This document shows positions 35,770 to 46,230 of a stretch of DNA of 64,000 nucleotides, piece by piece. A program made the position numbers and the translations under genes. The DNA comes from Spirochaetota bacterium. GTDB lineage: Bacteria > Spirochaetota > UBA4802 > JAGODF01. The notes beneath the pieces are model-generated. The model was not told where the DNA came from and did not search any database. It saw nothing but the letters and a program-made list of their open reading frames with translations. The first letter of the stretch is position 1; every line of letters begins with the position of its first letter. The stretch lies in NCBI GenBank assembly GCA_036846345.1, contig DAIUCD010000001.1, positions 330,363 to 394,362 on the forward strand. Direction: 5' to 3'.

Positions 35770-37731
35770 ATGGAACCGATGATTGAGATATTTGGAAAAG
35801 AGGGGCATCTGCAGCGCCTTCATGATAGATTTGAGTTTCGCAATGAGCAGCTGTTGATGGCGGAGTTCCTGTATGAAAGGTTCTGGGAGGGAGAATGCGG
35901 GATGGTCGAGGCGGGTACCGGGATCGGGAAAACCCTGGCCTATCTGATACCTGCCCTGATCTATTGCCTGAAGAACAATAAAAGGATAGCCATCAGTACC
36001 GAAACGAAAGCCCTGCAAAAACAGATCCTGGACAAGGACATGCCTACGGCTGCAAAAATCATCGGTAAATATCATGATGGGGCATTCAAGTATTCCCTCT
36101 GTCTGGGCAGTTCCAACTATCCCTGTTTGAGAAGGTTTGAGCTTACTGCAAAGTCGGGAAAGCTGGATGCTTCCCATCTTGACTATCTGCAGAAATTACA
36201 GGAGAAATTTGCGAAACGTGATGTCTTTTCACGCTTTGACGTACGAATACCGGATAGAGTCTGGAGTGAAATCGCAAGGGAACCGGATGCCTGCCGGGGA
36301 TATAACTGTCCCCATCAGAGGGATTGCGTATTCCAGCGGGTGAGGAAATCCTGGGCTGACTCCCAGGTGCTGATAATGAATCATTATCTTTTTTTCTCCA
36401 ATATCGCATCGGGAAAGACCTATCTGCCGGATTTTGATCTGGTTATTTTCGATGAGGCCCATTCTGCGGAGGAGATCGCCTCGGATCAGCTCGGGTTTGA
36501 TGTGAGTTATAACGGGCTCCTGGATAATATACACCGCTTCCATCGTCGTGGTGGACGGCGTAAGGATCTCGTGGATCATGTTCTTTCCGGGAAAATGAAA
36601 ACCGAGGCGGTTAAGGTCCTCGGACGGGCTGAAAAGGAGGCTGGTCTCTTCTTTGAAGAGTTGAGGAATCGGCTGACTGGGGACAGGATGTTTATACGTC
36701 TACGAGAAGTCCTCCCCGGAGGGATTCCCTTAATCGAAACTTTAAAGGAGTTTTTCCAGATTCTCGAAAGTATTGATCAGGGTTCTATCGATGATCATCT
36801 CACCTTTGAGCTGGATATTGCCCGGGGAAAACTCTTTGATTCTCTACAGAACTTAACATATTACGTTTATCAATCGGATGAAAATTTTGTATATTGGTTG
36901 GAAAAGAATGAGACAGAACTGCTAGGCGATCTGCATCTTCGGGGTCAGCCGGTTGAGGTTTCAGAAATAATGCGAAGAGAGGTGAACGGCTATTATGATA
37001 CGGCCGCTTATATCTCCGCTACCCTGGCGGTAAATGAGGATTTCAGTTTTACCTCCGGTAAGCTGGGTCTGGAAGGATATAAAAGCCTCTATCTCACATC
37101 TCCTTTTAATTATGAGACACAGACGATTCTCTATATACCGGAAGGCGGACTGGAGCCGGATCGGGAGGGATATGTGGACCATTTGGCCTCATGGTCGGCT
37201 GAAATCGTAACACTGCTTGAGGGTAACTGTCTTCTTCTTTTTACCTCCTACAAAATGATGCGTGAACTGCGGGGCAGACTGGAAGGTCTTATCGAAAACC
37301 GTCTTCACATCCAGGGTGATTGTCCGGTACCAGAGCTCATGGACAGATACATCAGAGAGGAAGGGTCCATCCTGCTGGGGACCCATTCCTTCTGGCAGGG
37401 TATCGATCTCCCCGGAGATCTGCTTCGGGGAGTCATCATCACCCGGCTTCCCTTCAGCGTCCCCGATCGACCCGTAATTCAGGCAAAGACGGAAAGGCTT
37501 ACTGAGCGGGGCCTGAATCCGTTCAGCGCCCTTCACCTTCCGGAGGCAATCATCCGTTTCAAGCAGGGTTTCGGGCGGTTGATACGAAGCCGTGAGGACC
37601 GGGGAGTGGTTGCCGTTCTCGATACGCGAATCCTGAACAAGGGTTACGGCAGGATGTTTTTAAATTCCCTTCCCCGATGCCCCATCGCAAGACGTCCAGA
37701 TGATCTTAGGGCATTCCTGGAAAGAGATTAA
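35770..37731 (+). CDS. DinG/YoaA-family ATP-dependent DNA helicase (Fe-S)
   Basis: EAGTGIGKTLAYL, Cys cluster ligands, IFDEAH, SATL, LFTSY, FWQGIDLPG, KQGFGRLIR..DRG. Confidence 0.95.
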   Translation: MEPMIEIFGKEGHLQRLHDRFEFRNEQLLMAEFLYERFWEGECGMVEAGTGIGKTLAYLIPALIYCLKNNKRIAISTETKALQKQILDKDMPTAAKIIGKYHDGAFKYSLCLGSSNYPCLRRFELTAKSGKLDASHLDYLQKLQEKFAKRDVFSRFDVRIPDRVWSEIAREPDACRGYNCPHQRDCVFQRVRKSWADSQVLIMNHYLFFSNIASGKTYLPDFDLVIFDEAHSAEEIASDQLGFDVSYNGLLDNIHRFHRRGGRRKDLVDHVLSGKMKTEAVKVLGRAEKEAGLFFEELRNRLTGDRMFIRLREVLPGGIPLIETLKEFFQILESIDQGSIDDHLTFELDIARGKLFDSLQNLTYYVYQSDENFVYWLEKNETELLGDLHLRGQPVEVSEIMRREVNGYYDTAAYISATLAVNEDFSFTSGKLGLEGYKSLYLTSPFNYETQTILYIPEGGLEPDREGYVDHLASWSAEIVTLLEGNCLLLFTSYKMMRELRGRLEGLIENRLHIQGDCPVPELMDRYIREEGSILLGTHSFWQGIDLPGDLLRGVIITRLPFSVPDRPVIQAKTERLTERGLNPFSALHLPEAIIRFKQGFGRLIRSREDRGVVAVLDTRILNKGYGRMFLNSLPRCPIARRPDDLRAFLERD

Positions 37732-37812
37732 TCTTTCTGGCATTGATGAACCGTTGAGATAATCCTTCACGGGGAGGGATGAGTAGATATTTATCAATAT
37801 AAGTATGATAAG

Positions 37813-40542
37813 GTGATTATGAGGACGATGAAGGATTTGATCTTTATCCCCGGAGGGGATGCACAGCCGACGGTTTCCCAGCTGGGTGGTAAGGCGGGTA
37901 ATCTCGCCATACTGACGGCAAAGGGAATGCCGGTTCCCTCCTGGATGGCTCTCACAACGGCCTATTTCGAAGAGTTTATGGGGGAATCTCTCCCTTCCAT
38001 GGATCGATTGCTGGGGAGACCGATGAAGCAGGGAGATCTGGCCGGGCTGTCTAAAAAACTTATCAATATGATTGAGGGGAGACGTTTTTCCAAAAAGTTG
38101 AAGGAATTGATGGAATCCTCTCTCCGGGACCTCTTCGGCTCAATGGAACAACGATACTTTTCCATACGATCCTCAGCGGTTGACGAGGATTCCCGAAGTC
38201 ATTCCTTTGCCGGCCAGATGGAGAGTTTTCTCTATGTTCCCTTTGACAGGGGATTCTACGAGATCGTTCGAAAGTGTTTCATTTCGGCCTATGCAGAGCG
38301 TGTTCTTTCCTACCGGTTTCATGCACGTCTTCCCCTCAAGGGGGTCAGGCCCGCCGTTATTGTTCAGGAGATGATTTTTGGGGATGTCTCCGGTGTTCTG
38401 TTTACCGGGAATCCCCTGAATAACAATACCGACGAGATCCTCATCAATGCCACTTATGGTATTGGGGAGGGAATTGTGTCTGGTGAGCTGGATACCGACC
38501 TCTGGGTGGTTAATGAGAAAAATGAGATCGTTTCAAAGAAGATTGCAGAAAAGCTCGAAATGATAATCTTCGATGAGGTAAACAGACGGGGAACAAAAAA
38601 GGTATCCGTAGAAACGGCGAGGATTGTTGCTGAATGTATGTCCGAAGAAACCGTAAAACTGCTGGCTGCCCGGGGCAGGGAGATAGAACGGATTTTCGGG
38701 TTCATTCCGCAGGATATCGAATGGTGTTTCCGGGAAGGTGAGCTCTTCATACTCCAATCGAGGCCGGTGACCATCCTCAGCCATGTAAACAAGTCCGAAT
38801 ACCGGACGATCTTTGACAATTCCAATATCATCGAAAGCTTTTCCGGTGTAACGAGTCCCCTTACCTTTTCCTTTGCCAGTACGGTTTACGATACCGTTTA
38901 CCGGCAGTTCTTCAACATAATGGGGACTCCTCAGAAGCAAATTGACAGCATGGCAGAGGTGTTCCGCAACATGCTGGCGTATATCAACGGGAGAGTCTAT
39001 TACAATCTCAACAGCTGGTATACCTGTCTTCAGCTGCTGCCCGGTTACAATTTCAACCGCAAATTCATGGAAAACATGATGGGGGTCAAGAGTTCTGCGA
39101 ATATTGAGATGGAGGAAAAGCTATCGGCTGCAAGAAGGTTTTTTGTGGAACTTCCCAAACTGCTGGGAGGGGTGGCGAGAATCCTGTTCAGTTTTCTTCT
39201 CCTGAAGAAGAAGCGGACCAAGTTTATTGAAAACTTCAACAGGGTGACCGTTCCTTATCTGGATGAAAAATTTGAGAATTACAACAATCGGGAACTGCTC
39301 AATCTCTATCAGCACTTTGTGGAGAATATTCTCAAGGACTGGAAGGCTCCCATCATAAATGACTTTTACACCATGATCTTCTATGGTCTTTTAAGCGGCA
39401 TGATCAAAAAAATCAATCTTCCCGACAATGCGAATCTGCAGAACAATCTTCTCAGCGGTGAGGGTGATATGGAGAGCACGAAACCCACCCGGGATATCAT
39501 CACCATGGCCAACTGGATCAGAGAACAGAAGGCGCTTATCGATCTATTTGCCCGGGAAAGAGAGGATAGGCTTGAGAAGCTGATTCTTCATGGGGAGGAT
39601 GAGGCCTTGGGCGATGTCCGGGGACTCATAAAAGAATACCTGTCCCGATGGGGTTTCCGCTGCATGAATGAGTTGAAACTCGAGGAATCCTCGCTCAAGG
39701 AGAATCCCCGCTTTCTTTTTACCACCCTTAAAAACTATCTCAGGAAGGAAGCGATTGATCTAGGGATGATGGAAAGGAGGGAGAGAGAAATACGGGCTGA
39801 AGCGGAAAAAATCCTGTACCGGCATGTTAAAGGATTCAGAGGTCTCCTGATGAGAATGATTCTGAGAAATGCCAGGAGCGCCATTAAAAACCGGGAGGAG
39901 CTGCGATTCATGCGGACCAAAATTTTCGGCATCATTCGCAATATGTTCAACGCCATGGGTCGAAATTTCTGCCGGGACGGATTGATAAGGGATGCCTCGG
40001 ATGTTTTCTATATGCATGTCCATGAGCTCTTTGAGTTTGTGGAGGGCCGTTCTCTCAATACGGGGATCATCAGGGACATCGTCAAGCTTCGCAGGCGGGA
40101 ATGCGAGGCGCATAAGACTCTCGAAACCCCCGAGCGGATGTATTTCTTTGGGGATATATACCGAAATAATTACGTGGAGATATTGACTGATGAAATGACT
40201 GAGAACGGAGAGGAAACCGAATCAAATAATACCTTCAGGGGAGTTCCCTGCAGCCCCGGTGAGGTGGAAGGTCTGGTCAAGATCGTGTTGATGCCGGAGG
40301 ATGCTGATCTGAACGGAGAAATTCTTGTGACCAAGCGTACGGATCCTGGATGGGTTCCCCTTTTCCCATCAGTCAGCGGTATCGTCATTGAGAGGGGGAG
40401 CGTCCTGTCGCACTCAGCCGTTGTAGCCAGGGAGATGGGGATCCCTACGGTTGTGGGTCTTCGGGGCATTACCGAAAAATTGAAAAATAATGACAAAATA
40501 CGGATCAACGGTACAACGGGTCTGGTGGAAAAAATCGTATAA
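37813..40542 (+). CDS. PEP/pyruvate-binding dikinase-like protein with rifampin-phosphotransferase domain order
   Basis: LGGKAGNL, IRSSAVDEDS..SFAGQMES, VQEMI, GIGEGIVSG, PQDIEW..LQSRPVT; central WGFRCMNEL; C-terminal swivel GSVLSHSAVVAREMGIP. Confidence 0.9.
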   Translation: MIMRTMKDLIFIPGGDAQPTVSQLGGKAGNLAILTAKGMPVPSWMALTTAYFEEFMGESLPSMDRLLGRPMKQGDLAGLSKKLINMIEGRRFSKKLKELMESSLRDLFGSMEQRYFSIRSSAVDEDSRSHSFAGQMESFLYVPFDRGFYEIVRKCFISAYAERVLSYRFHARLPLKGVRPAVIVQEMIFGDVSGVLFTGNPLNNNTDEILINATYGIGEGIVSGELDTDLWVVNEKNEIVSKKIAEKLEMIIFDEVNRRGTKKVSVETARIVAECMSEETVKLLAARGREIERIFGFIPQDIEWCFREGELFILQSRPVTILSHVNKSEYRTIFDNSNIIESFSGVTSPLTFSFASTVYDTVYRQFFNIMGTPQKQIDSMAEVFRNMLAYINGRVYYNLNSWYTCLQLLPGYNFNRKFMENMMGVKSSANIEMEEKLSAARRFFVELPKLLGGVARILFSFLLLKKKRTKFIENFNRVTVPYLDEKFENYNNRELLNLYQHFVENILKDWKAPIINDFYTMIFYGLLSGMIKKINLPDNANLQNNLLSGEGDMESTKPTRDIITMANWIREQKALIDLFAREREDRLEKLILHGEDEALGDVRGLIKEYLSRWGFRCMNELKLEESSLKENPRFLFTTLKNYLRKEAIDLGMMERREREIRAEAEKILYRHVKGFRGLLMRMILRNARSAIKNREELRFMRTKIFGIIRNMFNAMGRNFCRDGLIRDASDVFYMHVHELFEFVEGRSLNTGIIRDIVKLRRRECEAHKTLETPERMYFFGDIYRNNYVEILTDEMTENGEETESNNTFRGVPCSPGEVEGLVKIVLMPEDADLNGEILVTKRTDPGWVPLFPSVSGIVIERGSVLSHSAVVAREMGIPTVVGLRGITEKLKNNDKIRINGTTGLVEKIV

Positions 40543-40760
40543 GAGAGAATTATTTATGTGGAAATATAATATTTGGTGTGTTAACATTATTTAAGACGGT
40601 TCAAAGGGGATTTCATCATCCAGCATATCCGAAGGCTTGCATGTCCTATCCCTCGTTTTGTGCGGGAGAAGAGACAAGTGTTCAAAATATATAATAAAAA
40701 TGAGGGATTTAAAGAGGTATCCAGGTTGAAAGAGCTGATAAAGACAAACCAAGAGGTCTT

Positions 40761-42047
40761 ATGCAGAATCATGATGATTTGTCCATCGACCTGGAGAGAT
40801 ATGAAGAGCTTTCCCCGTCTTTTATAAAAAAACTCAGCGGAGAGAAGGTTCTCTCTGTGGATATTCTGAATCAGAGCGGTCAGGTACTCTTCAAATCCGG
40901 TCAGCCCATATCGAGCGATGAACTGGAGGAAAGGATTACAGAAGGCTCCCGGTTTTATATACCCCGCCCCACCACACGCGAAGGGACTTACGAGCATGAG
41001 ATCATCCCCAAACAGAAACTTCAGGAACTGGCGGAGGATACGGCACGGCTCTACTCCGATGTTCGGAAAAAGGGGGTCATGTCGCATGATCAGTACATCA
41101 ATTCCCATCGTCAGCTTGCGGATATTCTGAAGGGATTTAAGAAGGAGGATCGTTTCGGGGGAATATTAGGTCTTCTCAAGGAGATACAGGATTTCGATTA
41201 TTACACTTATGTCCACTCGGTCAATGTCAGCATGCTCGCCATGACCTACGAATATAAGGTATCCTATAAGATGGAGAGCATCCGCAACATGGCCATGGCG
41301 GGATATCTTCATGACATTGGCAAACTTCGGATACCCTCGGAGGTTTTAGACAAGCCGGGACCTCTCACGCGAAAGGAACACACCATGATGCTGGAGCATA
41401 CGAGGGAGGGGTATCGGATACTGGATGCGGTGGATAAAAGTGCCGGTGTCAAGCTCGTGAACGACAGTATCAAGCACGGTGCCCTCTTTCATCACAGAAA
41501 GTATCGTATTTCAGGATATCCCAACCGCAAGAGCCGGGACAAACGAAGCGAGCAGTTTTACTCCCAGCTCCCTGTAGATGTCCGCATGCTGGGACTTTTT
41601 GATATATATGATGCCGTAACCACCGCGACACCCTATCGCAAGGCATGCGCACCGGATGAGGCGCTTCGGTATATACTCAATATCTCGAACTATTATTTTC
41701 ATATCAGCGATATCAACCTTTTCCTTAAAACCATGGCCCTTTCCCTGAACAGGGGGCAGCATTTCATAAGGGAGGGGGATTTTGTCGTTTTGGAGGCGGA
41801 AAACACCTTCCTCGATGGTCAGAGCAAGGTCAGTTACGAATTCGCGAGGGTAGAGGAAAATTTCCGGGGCAAACCGGTAAATCCGAGGGTCGCCATCTTT
41901 TTCAATATGAGCAAGAATAAAAAGGTCCATCCCATCACCGTGGATCTGCGATATGATCATCACAGAAGCATTGTGCGAATCATCAACGATGAGCGGATGA
42001 AGAAGCTTGTACGATCGCTTTATATCTCCCAACAGGGTAACGGGTAA
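40761..42047 (+). CDS. HD-GYP domain protein (cyclic-dinucleotide phosphodiesterase candidate)
   Basis: YTYVHSVNV, LHDIGK, HTREG, HHRK...GYP, DIYDA.T..PYRK. Confidence 0.88.
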   Translation: MQNHDDLSIDLERYEELSPSFIKKLSGEKVLSVDILNQSGQVLFKSGQPISSDELEERITEGSRFYIPRPTTREGTYEHEIIPKQKLQELAEDTARLYSDVRKKGVMSHDQYINSHRQLADILKGFKKEDRFGGILGLLKEIQDFDYYTYVHSVNVSMLAMTYEYKVSYKMESIRNMAMAGYLHDIGKLRIPSEVLDKPGPLTRKEHTMMLEHTREGYRILDAVDKSAGVKLVNDSIKHGALFHHRKYRISGYPNRKSRDKRSEQFYSQLPVDVRMLGLFDIYDAVTTATPYRKACAPDEALRYILNISNYYFHISDINLFLKTMALSLNRGQHFIREGDFVVLEAENTFLDGQSKVSYEFARVEENFRGKPVNPRVAIFFNMSKNKKVHPITVDLRYDHHRSIVRIINDERMKKLVRSLYISQQGNG

Positions 42048-42415
42048 TGATACTTTTTATTAACGAGGATTCATCCAGAACGGAAAGCATTCAGCATATC
42101 CTGGCACCACTGGGGCAGGAGGTGCTTCAGGCGGAGGACATCAACCATATACCCTTGGACGAAGGCTCTCCTTCCATTGATCTCGTCCTGATCAGTATAG
42201 ATGCGCAGAACATCGATCCCCTGTTTGTTATAGAAAAGATTCGTAACAGGGAAATGTTCTCCCGAACTCCCATTCTTGTGGTTACCGCTCTCAGCAGTCC
42301 CCTCTATTTTATCGATACCTTCGAAAAGGGCGCGTCGGATTATTTCGTCCTCGGCGTGGACGATACGGCCCTTCTTGGAAAAGCCCTTAAGCTGCTTGAC
42401 AAGAGGGATCACTGA
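42047..42415 (+). CDS. Atypical single-domain receiver protein
   Basis: Receiver fold (DLVLISI, TPILVVTA, GASDYF), but phospho-Asp position is Ser and the conserved Lys-Pro is absent. TAATG overlap with the HD-GYP gene. Confidence 0.7.
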   Translation: MILFINEDSSRTESIQHILAPLGQEVLQAEDINHIPLDEGSPSIDLVLISIDAQNIDPLFVIEKIRNREMFSRTPILVVTALSSPLYFIDTFEKGASDYFVLGVDDTALLGKALKLLDKRDH

Positions 42416-42514
42416 TAAGGAAATAGTGCCCGTAGATACCTCTTCTCACGGAAAACGGATTTTACGAACCCGGAAATGGCCGGGGAAATATCACGTTAAT
42501 ACGGATTAACCTGC

Positions 42515-43954
42515 ATGGGCGGCACTTTTATCATAGGTCTTGTCTTTCTGGGGTACATGGTGATTCTCGTCATCATCGGACTCATGGCTTCAGCAAAGAC
42601 CAACACAGAAGAAGACTTTTTTCTGGGGGGGCGCAGGATAGGTACCTGGGTGACTGCGGTCTCCTCGACGGCAAGCTCGGAAAGCGGATGGGTGATCTTG
42701 GGAATCATCGGCCTGGTATATAAGGAGGGCCTTTCTTCGATATGGTTCATGCCCGGTTGTTTATTGGGGTACTGGTTCAACTGGAGATTCATCGCTCCGA
42801 AGCTGAGGGTCTATTCAAAAAACACTGCGGCCATAACCCTGCCGGATCTTTTCGAGGAGGAGCTGGGGGACAGCGGGCATTCGGTAAGAATGGTGTCCGT
42901 TTTTATCATCTTCGCTTCCATGATGGGATACGTAGCGGCCCAGTTTACAGCGGCGGCTAAGGCCTTTCATTCCACTTTCTCCCTTGACTATAATGTTAGC
43001 ATTCTCATCGGAGCGACCTTGGTGATACTCTACACCTTGATGGGCGGTTACAGGGCGGTTTCCTGGACGGATCTGTTTCAGGGGCTTCTGATGGTTTTTG
43101 CACTTGTCATTCTGCCGGTCGTTGCGGTCAATCATGTCGGCGGGATAGGAGCCCTCTGGAATAAACTGGCCCCCAGGGGTGAATTCCTCTCCCTCGTCAA
43201 GGGGAACGCGTTCTGGGGTTCCGTAGGGGCAGTGCTGGGCCTTTTGGGGATTGGTTTTGGGTATCCAGGCCAACCCCACGTTCTGCAGCGTTTCATGGCG
43301 GCGGAAGACGACAGGGTCATTCAGCGGGGCAAGTATATAGCCCTCAGCTGGGGAGCCCTGGTCTATACCGGATCCATCATACTGGGACTGGCGGGGCGTG
43401 TCCTTATTCCGGAAATTGCCGATCCGGAGCATGTCTTTCCCGAGCTCTCCAAAAAGCTGCTCCATCCCGCCCTGTCCGGGCTGATGCTCTCGGCGGTCAT
43501 GGCCTCCATCATGTCCACGGCGGATTCTCAGCTGCTTGTGGCGGCCTCCTCGGTGGTAAGGGATGTGTATGAAAAGATGATAGGCCGCAGGGTCGGGGAA
43601 AAGAAACTGGTCCTGTTGAGCCGCCTGGCGGTTCTTGTCCTCGGTTTGCTTTCCATTATTGTGGCCATCACTGATATCAGGGCTGTTTTCTGGTTCGTTC
43701 TCTTCGCATGGGCCGGACTGGGAGCCGGGTTTGGACCGCTGGTCATTCTGATCCTTCGGGATTACAGATTCCAGCCCCGGCAGGCCATAACAGGGATGCT
43801 ACTGGGATTCTCTCTCACGATTATCTGGAAGGTATCCGGGATGTCTGCCTATCTCTATGAGCTGGTCCCATCCTTCCTATGCTCTCTTTTGTATCTCCGG
43901 GTTGTCGGGAAAAAAACCGTGCAGCAGGATCGCGGGCAGGTAATTTTAGATTGA
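42515..43954 (+). CDS. putP: Sodium/proline (SSS family) symporter
   Basis: FFLGGRRIG, SSESGW, YTLMGGYRAVSWTD, LGIGFGYPGQPHVLQRFMA, MSTADSQLL, AWAGLGAGFGP. Substrate not certain. Confidence 0.85.
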   Translation: MGGTFIIGLVFLGYMVILVIIGLMASAKTNTEEDFFLGGRRIGTWVTAVSSTASSESGWVILGIIGLVYKEGLSSIWFMPGCLLGYWFNWRFIAPKLRVYSKNTAAITLPDLFEEELGDSGHSVRMVSVFIIFASMMGYVAAQFTAAAKAFHSTFSLDYNVSILIGATLVILYTLMGGYRAVSWTDLFQGLLMVFALVILPVVAVNHVGGIGALWNKLAPRGEFLSLVKGNAFWGSVGAVLGLLGIGFGYPGQPHVLQRFMAAEDDRVIQRGKYIALSWGALVYTGSIILGLAGRVLIPEIADPEHVFPELSKKLLHPALSGLMLSAVMASIMSTADSQLLVAASSVVRDVYEKMIGRRVGEKKLVLLSRLAVLVLGLLSIIVAITDIRAVFWFVLFAWAGLGAGFGPLVILILRDYRFQPRQAITGMLLGFSLTIIWKVSGMSAYLYELVPSFLCSLLYLRVVGKKTVQQDRGQVILD

Positions 43955-44030
43955 CATAATCACCTTCTGGCAGTAGCACATTTCGGTTCGGAGAGATAAA
44001 CAATGAACCGATTTAAGTCGCTCATGATTC

Positions 44031-44762
44031 ATGGGTGATCCCTGTATGAGAACCAGACTTCGCCTGAATATCCTGCCTCAGCCTGACGATGTTACCTGCG
44101 GGCCTACCTGTCTGCATGCTGTATACCGTTATTATGGGGACAATATATCTCTCGATAAGGTGATATCTGAAGTGCGGGGTGTTGAAGGGGGGGGGACTCT
44201 GGCGGTTTTTCTTGGATGCCATGCCCTCTCCAGGGGATATCGCGCGAAAATTTACACCTACAACCTGCAGGTCTTTGATCCCTCCTGGTTTAGGGATTCC
44301 TCGATCGATATCGTCGAGAGGTTGAAAAGTCAGATGCAGCATAAACGTGTAAAAAAACTTCATGAGGCCTCGGAGGCCTACAGTGAATTTCTTTCACGGG
44401 GAGGCAAAATACAGTTTGAGGACCTCACGCCGGGACTGATCAGGCGTTACCTGAAGAAGTCAGTTCCTGTACTGACAGGACTCAGTGCCACCTACCTTTA
44501 CAGGACGGCCCGTGAGTACGGGGCGGCCTGTGATTATGACGATGTGCGGGGCGATCCTTCGGGGCATTTCGTTGTTCTCTGCGGATATGATCAGACGGAA
44601 AGGGAGGTGCTTGTGGCCGACCCCATGCTGCCCAATCCTGTGTCGAAAAGCCATCAGTATCTCGTCAGCATCAATCGCCTGATCTGCTCAATACTGCTAG
44701 GGATTCTCACCTATGATGCCAACCTGCTGATCATCGAGGAGAACCCGAAGGGGACAAAATAA
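44031..44762 (+). CDS. Papain-like C39-family peptidase
   Basis: QPDDVTCGPTCL (Q-x4-C type), GHFVVLCGYD, VADP: Cys-His-Asp triad. No signal peptide. Confidence 0.85.
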   Translation: MGDPCMRTRLRLNILPQPDDVTCGPTCLHAVYRYYGDNISLDKVISEVRGVEGGGTLAVFLGCHALSRGYRAKIYTYNLQVFDPSWFRDSSIDIVERLKSQMQHKRVKKLHEASEAYSEFLSRGGKIQFEDLTPGLIRRYLKKSVPVLTGLSATYLYRTAREYGAACDYDDVRGDPSGHFVVLCGYDQTEREVLVADPMLPNPVSKSHQYLVSINRLICSILLGILTYDANLLIIEENPKGTK

Positions 44763-44763
44763 A

Positions 44764-46230
44764 ATGCGAACCCTCTTCATCGTCAACAATCCGAAAAACT
44801 GGGACTTGGACGTTCCCGGTATCGAGGTTATCTCCGCCAAGGCTTATCTGACCAGGAGTGAATTCAGCGACCTTCGGGCGGTTAAGGTTTTCAACCTGTG
44901 CAAATCCTACCGCTATCAGAGCAACGGCTATTACGTCTCTCTCCTTGCGGCGGCGCGCGGTCACAAGCCCATACCCAGCGTCATGACCATCCAGGATATG
45001 AAATCCCAGACGATGATACGCTTTGTCTCCGAGGACCTGGATGATCTGATACAAAAGAGCCTGGCTCCCCTGCAGTCGGGGAATTTTACCCTGAGCATCT
45101 ATTTCGGGCAAAACCTGGCCAAGCGTTATCAAAACTTGAGCCAGCATCTCTTCAAACTCTTTCCGGCGCCCTGTCTGAGGGCCATCTTCGTCTTTAACAA
45201 AAAATGGCAGCTCCAGAATATCGAACCCATCGCCGCTGATGATATACCCAAAGATCACTATTATTTTGTGGAAGAGGCGGCCAAGGAGTATTTCATGGGG
45301 AAGGTTACATCTGTTCCCCGCAAGTCCAATGCGCGTTATGATATGGCGATCCTATACAACCGGAACGATTTGACACCCCCCTCTGACGAGAAGTCCCTGC
45401 AGAAGTTCATGCGGGCGGCGGAGTCCGTTGGTTTCGACGTGGAGGTAATCGACAAGGATGATTACGGACGGATCGCCGAATTCGACGCCCTTTTCATTCG
45501 GGAAACGACCAGCGTAAATCATCACACCTACCGGTTTGCCCGCAGGGCAACGGCGGAGGGGCTTGTGGTCATCGATGATCCCGAATCGATACTGAAATGC
45601 ACAAACAAGGTCTATCTGGCGGAGATGCTGGACCGTTACAAGATCCCGGCTCCCAAAACCGTGATATTGCATAGGGACAATAAGGAGGAGGCCATCCGGG
45701 AGCTGGGGTTCCCCATCGTTCTTAAACAGCCCGACAGCTCCTTTTCTTTGGGGGTTGTTAAGGTGGATGACGAAGCGCAGTTTACCACCGAGGTGGACCG
45801 GCTTCTGGAAAAATCTGAGCTCATCATCGCCCAGGAATTCGTTCCCACTCCTTATGACTGGCGTGTGGGGATCATTGATCATCAGCCTCTCTATGTCTGC
45901 AAGTATTATATGGCCCGCAAACACTGGCAGATCGTGAAGAAGGAGGACGGAACGGGCAAGCTCCTTTACGGCAAGACGGATTCCTTCCCTGTGGAACAGG
46001 CTCCGGAAAAGGTGGTCCGTATAGCACAGAAGGCCGCCAATCTGATCGGTGATGGGTTGTACGGGGTGGACATCAAGGAGCTGGATGGGAAATTTTATGT
46101 AATCGAGATCAACGACAACCCCAGCATCGATCACTCCGTAGAGGATATGATCCTGAAGGATGAACTGTACCGGCGCATCATGCGGGTCTTCCTGAAGCGT
46201 ATAGAGCGGCGTAAAGAGGGACTTGTTTGA
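44764..46230 (+). CDS. RimK-family ATP-grasp ligase with N-terminal RLAN domain
   Basis: RLAN-type NLCKSYRYQSNGYYVSLLA.ARGH; ATP-grasp CTNKVYL, VLKQPDSSFSLGV, QEFVPT.YDWR, YGVDIKE..VIEINDNPSID. Confidence 0.9.
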   Translation: MRTLFIVNNPKNWDLDVPGIEVISAKAYLTRSEFSDLRAVKVFNLCKSYRYQSNGYYVSLLAAARGHKPIPSVMTIQDMKSQTMIRFVSEDLDDLIQKSLAPLQSGNFTLSIYFGQNLAKRYQNLSQHLFKLFPAPCLRAIFVFNKKWQLQNIEPIAADDIPKDHYYFVEEAAKEYFMGKVTSVPRKSNARYDMAILYNRNDLTPPSDEKSLQKFMRAAESVGFDVEVIDKDDYGRIAEFDALFIRETTSVNHHTYRFARRATAEGLVVIDDPESILKCTNKVYLAEMLDRYKIPAPKTVILHRDNKEEAIRELGFPIVLKQPDSSFSLGVVKVDDEAQFTTEVDRLLEKSELIIAQEFVPTPYDWRVGIIDHQPLYVCKYYMARKHWQIVKKEDGTGKLLYGKTDSFPVEQAPEKVVRIAQKAANLIGDGLYGVDIKELDGKFYVIEINDNPSIDHSVEDMILKDELYRRIMRVFLKRIERRKEGLV

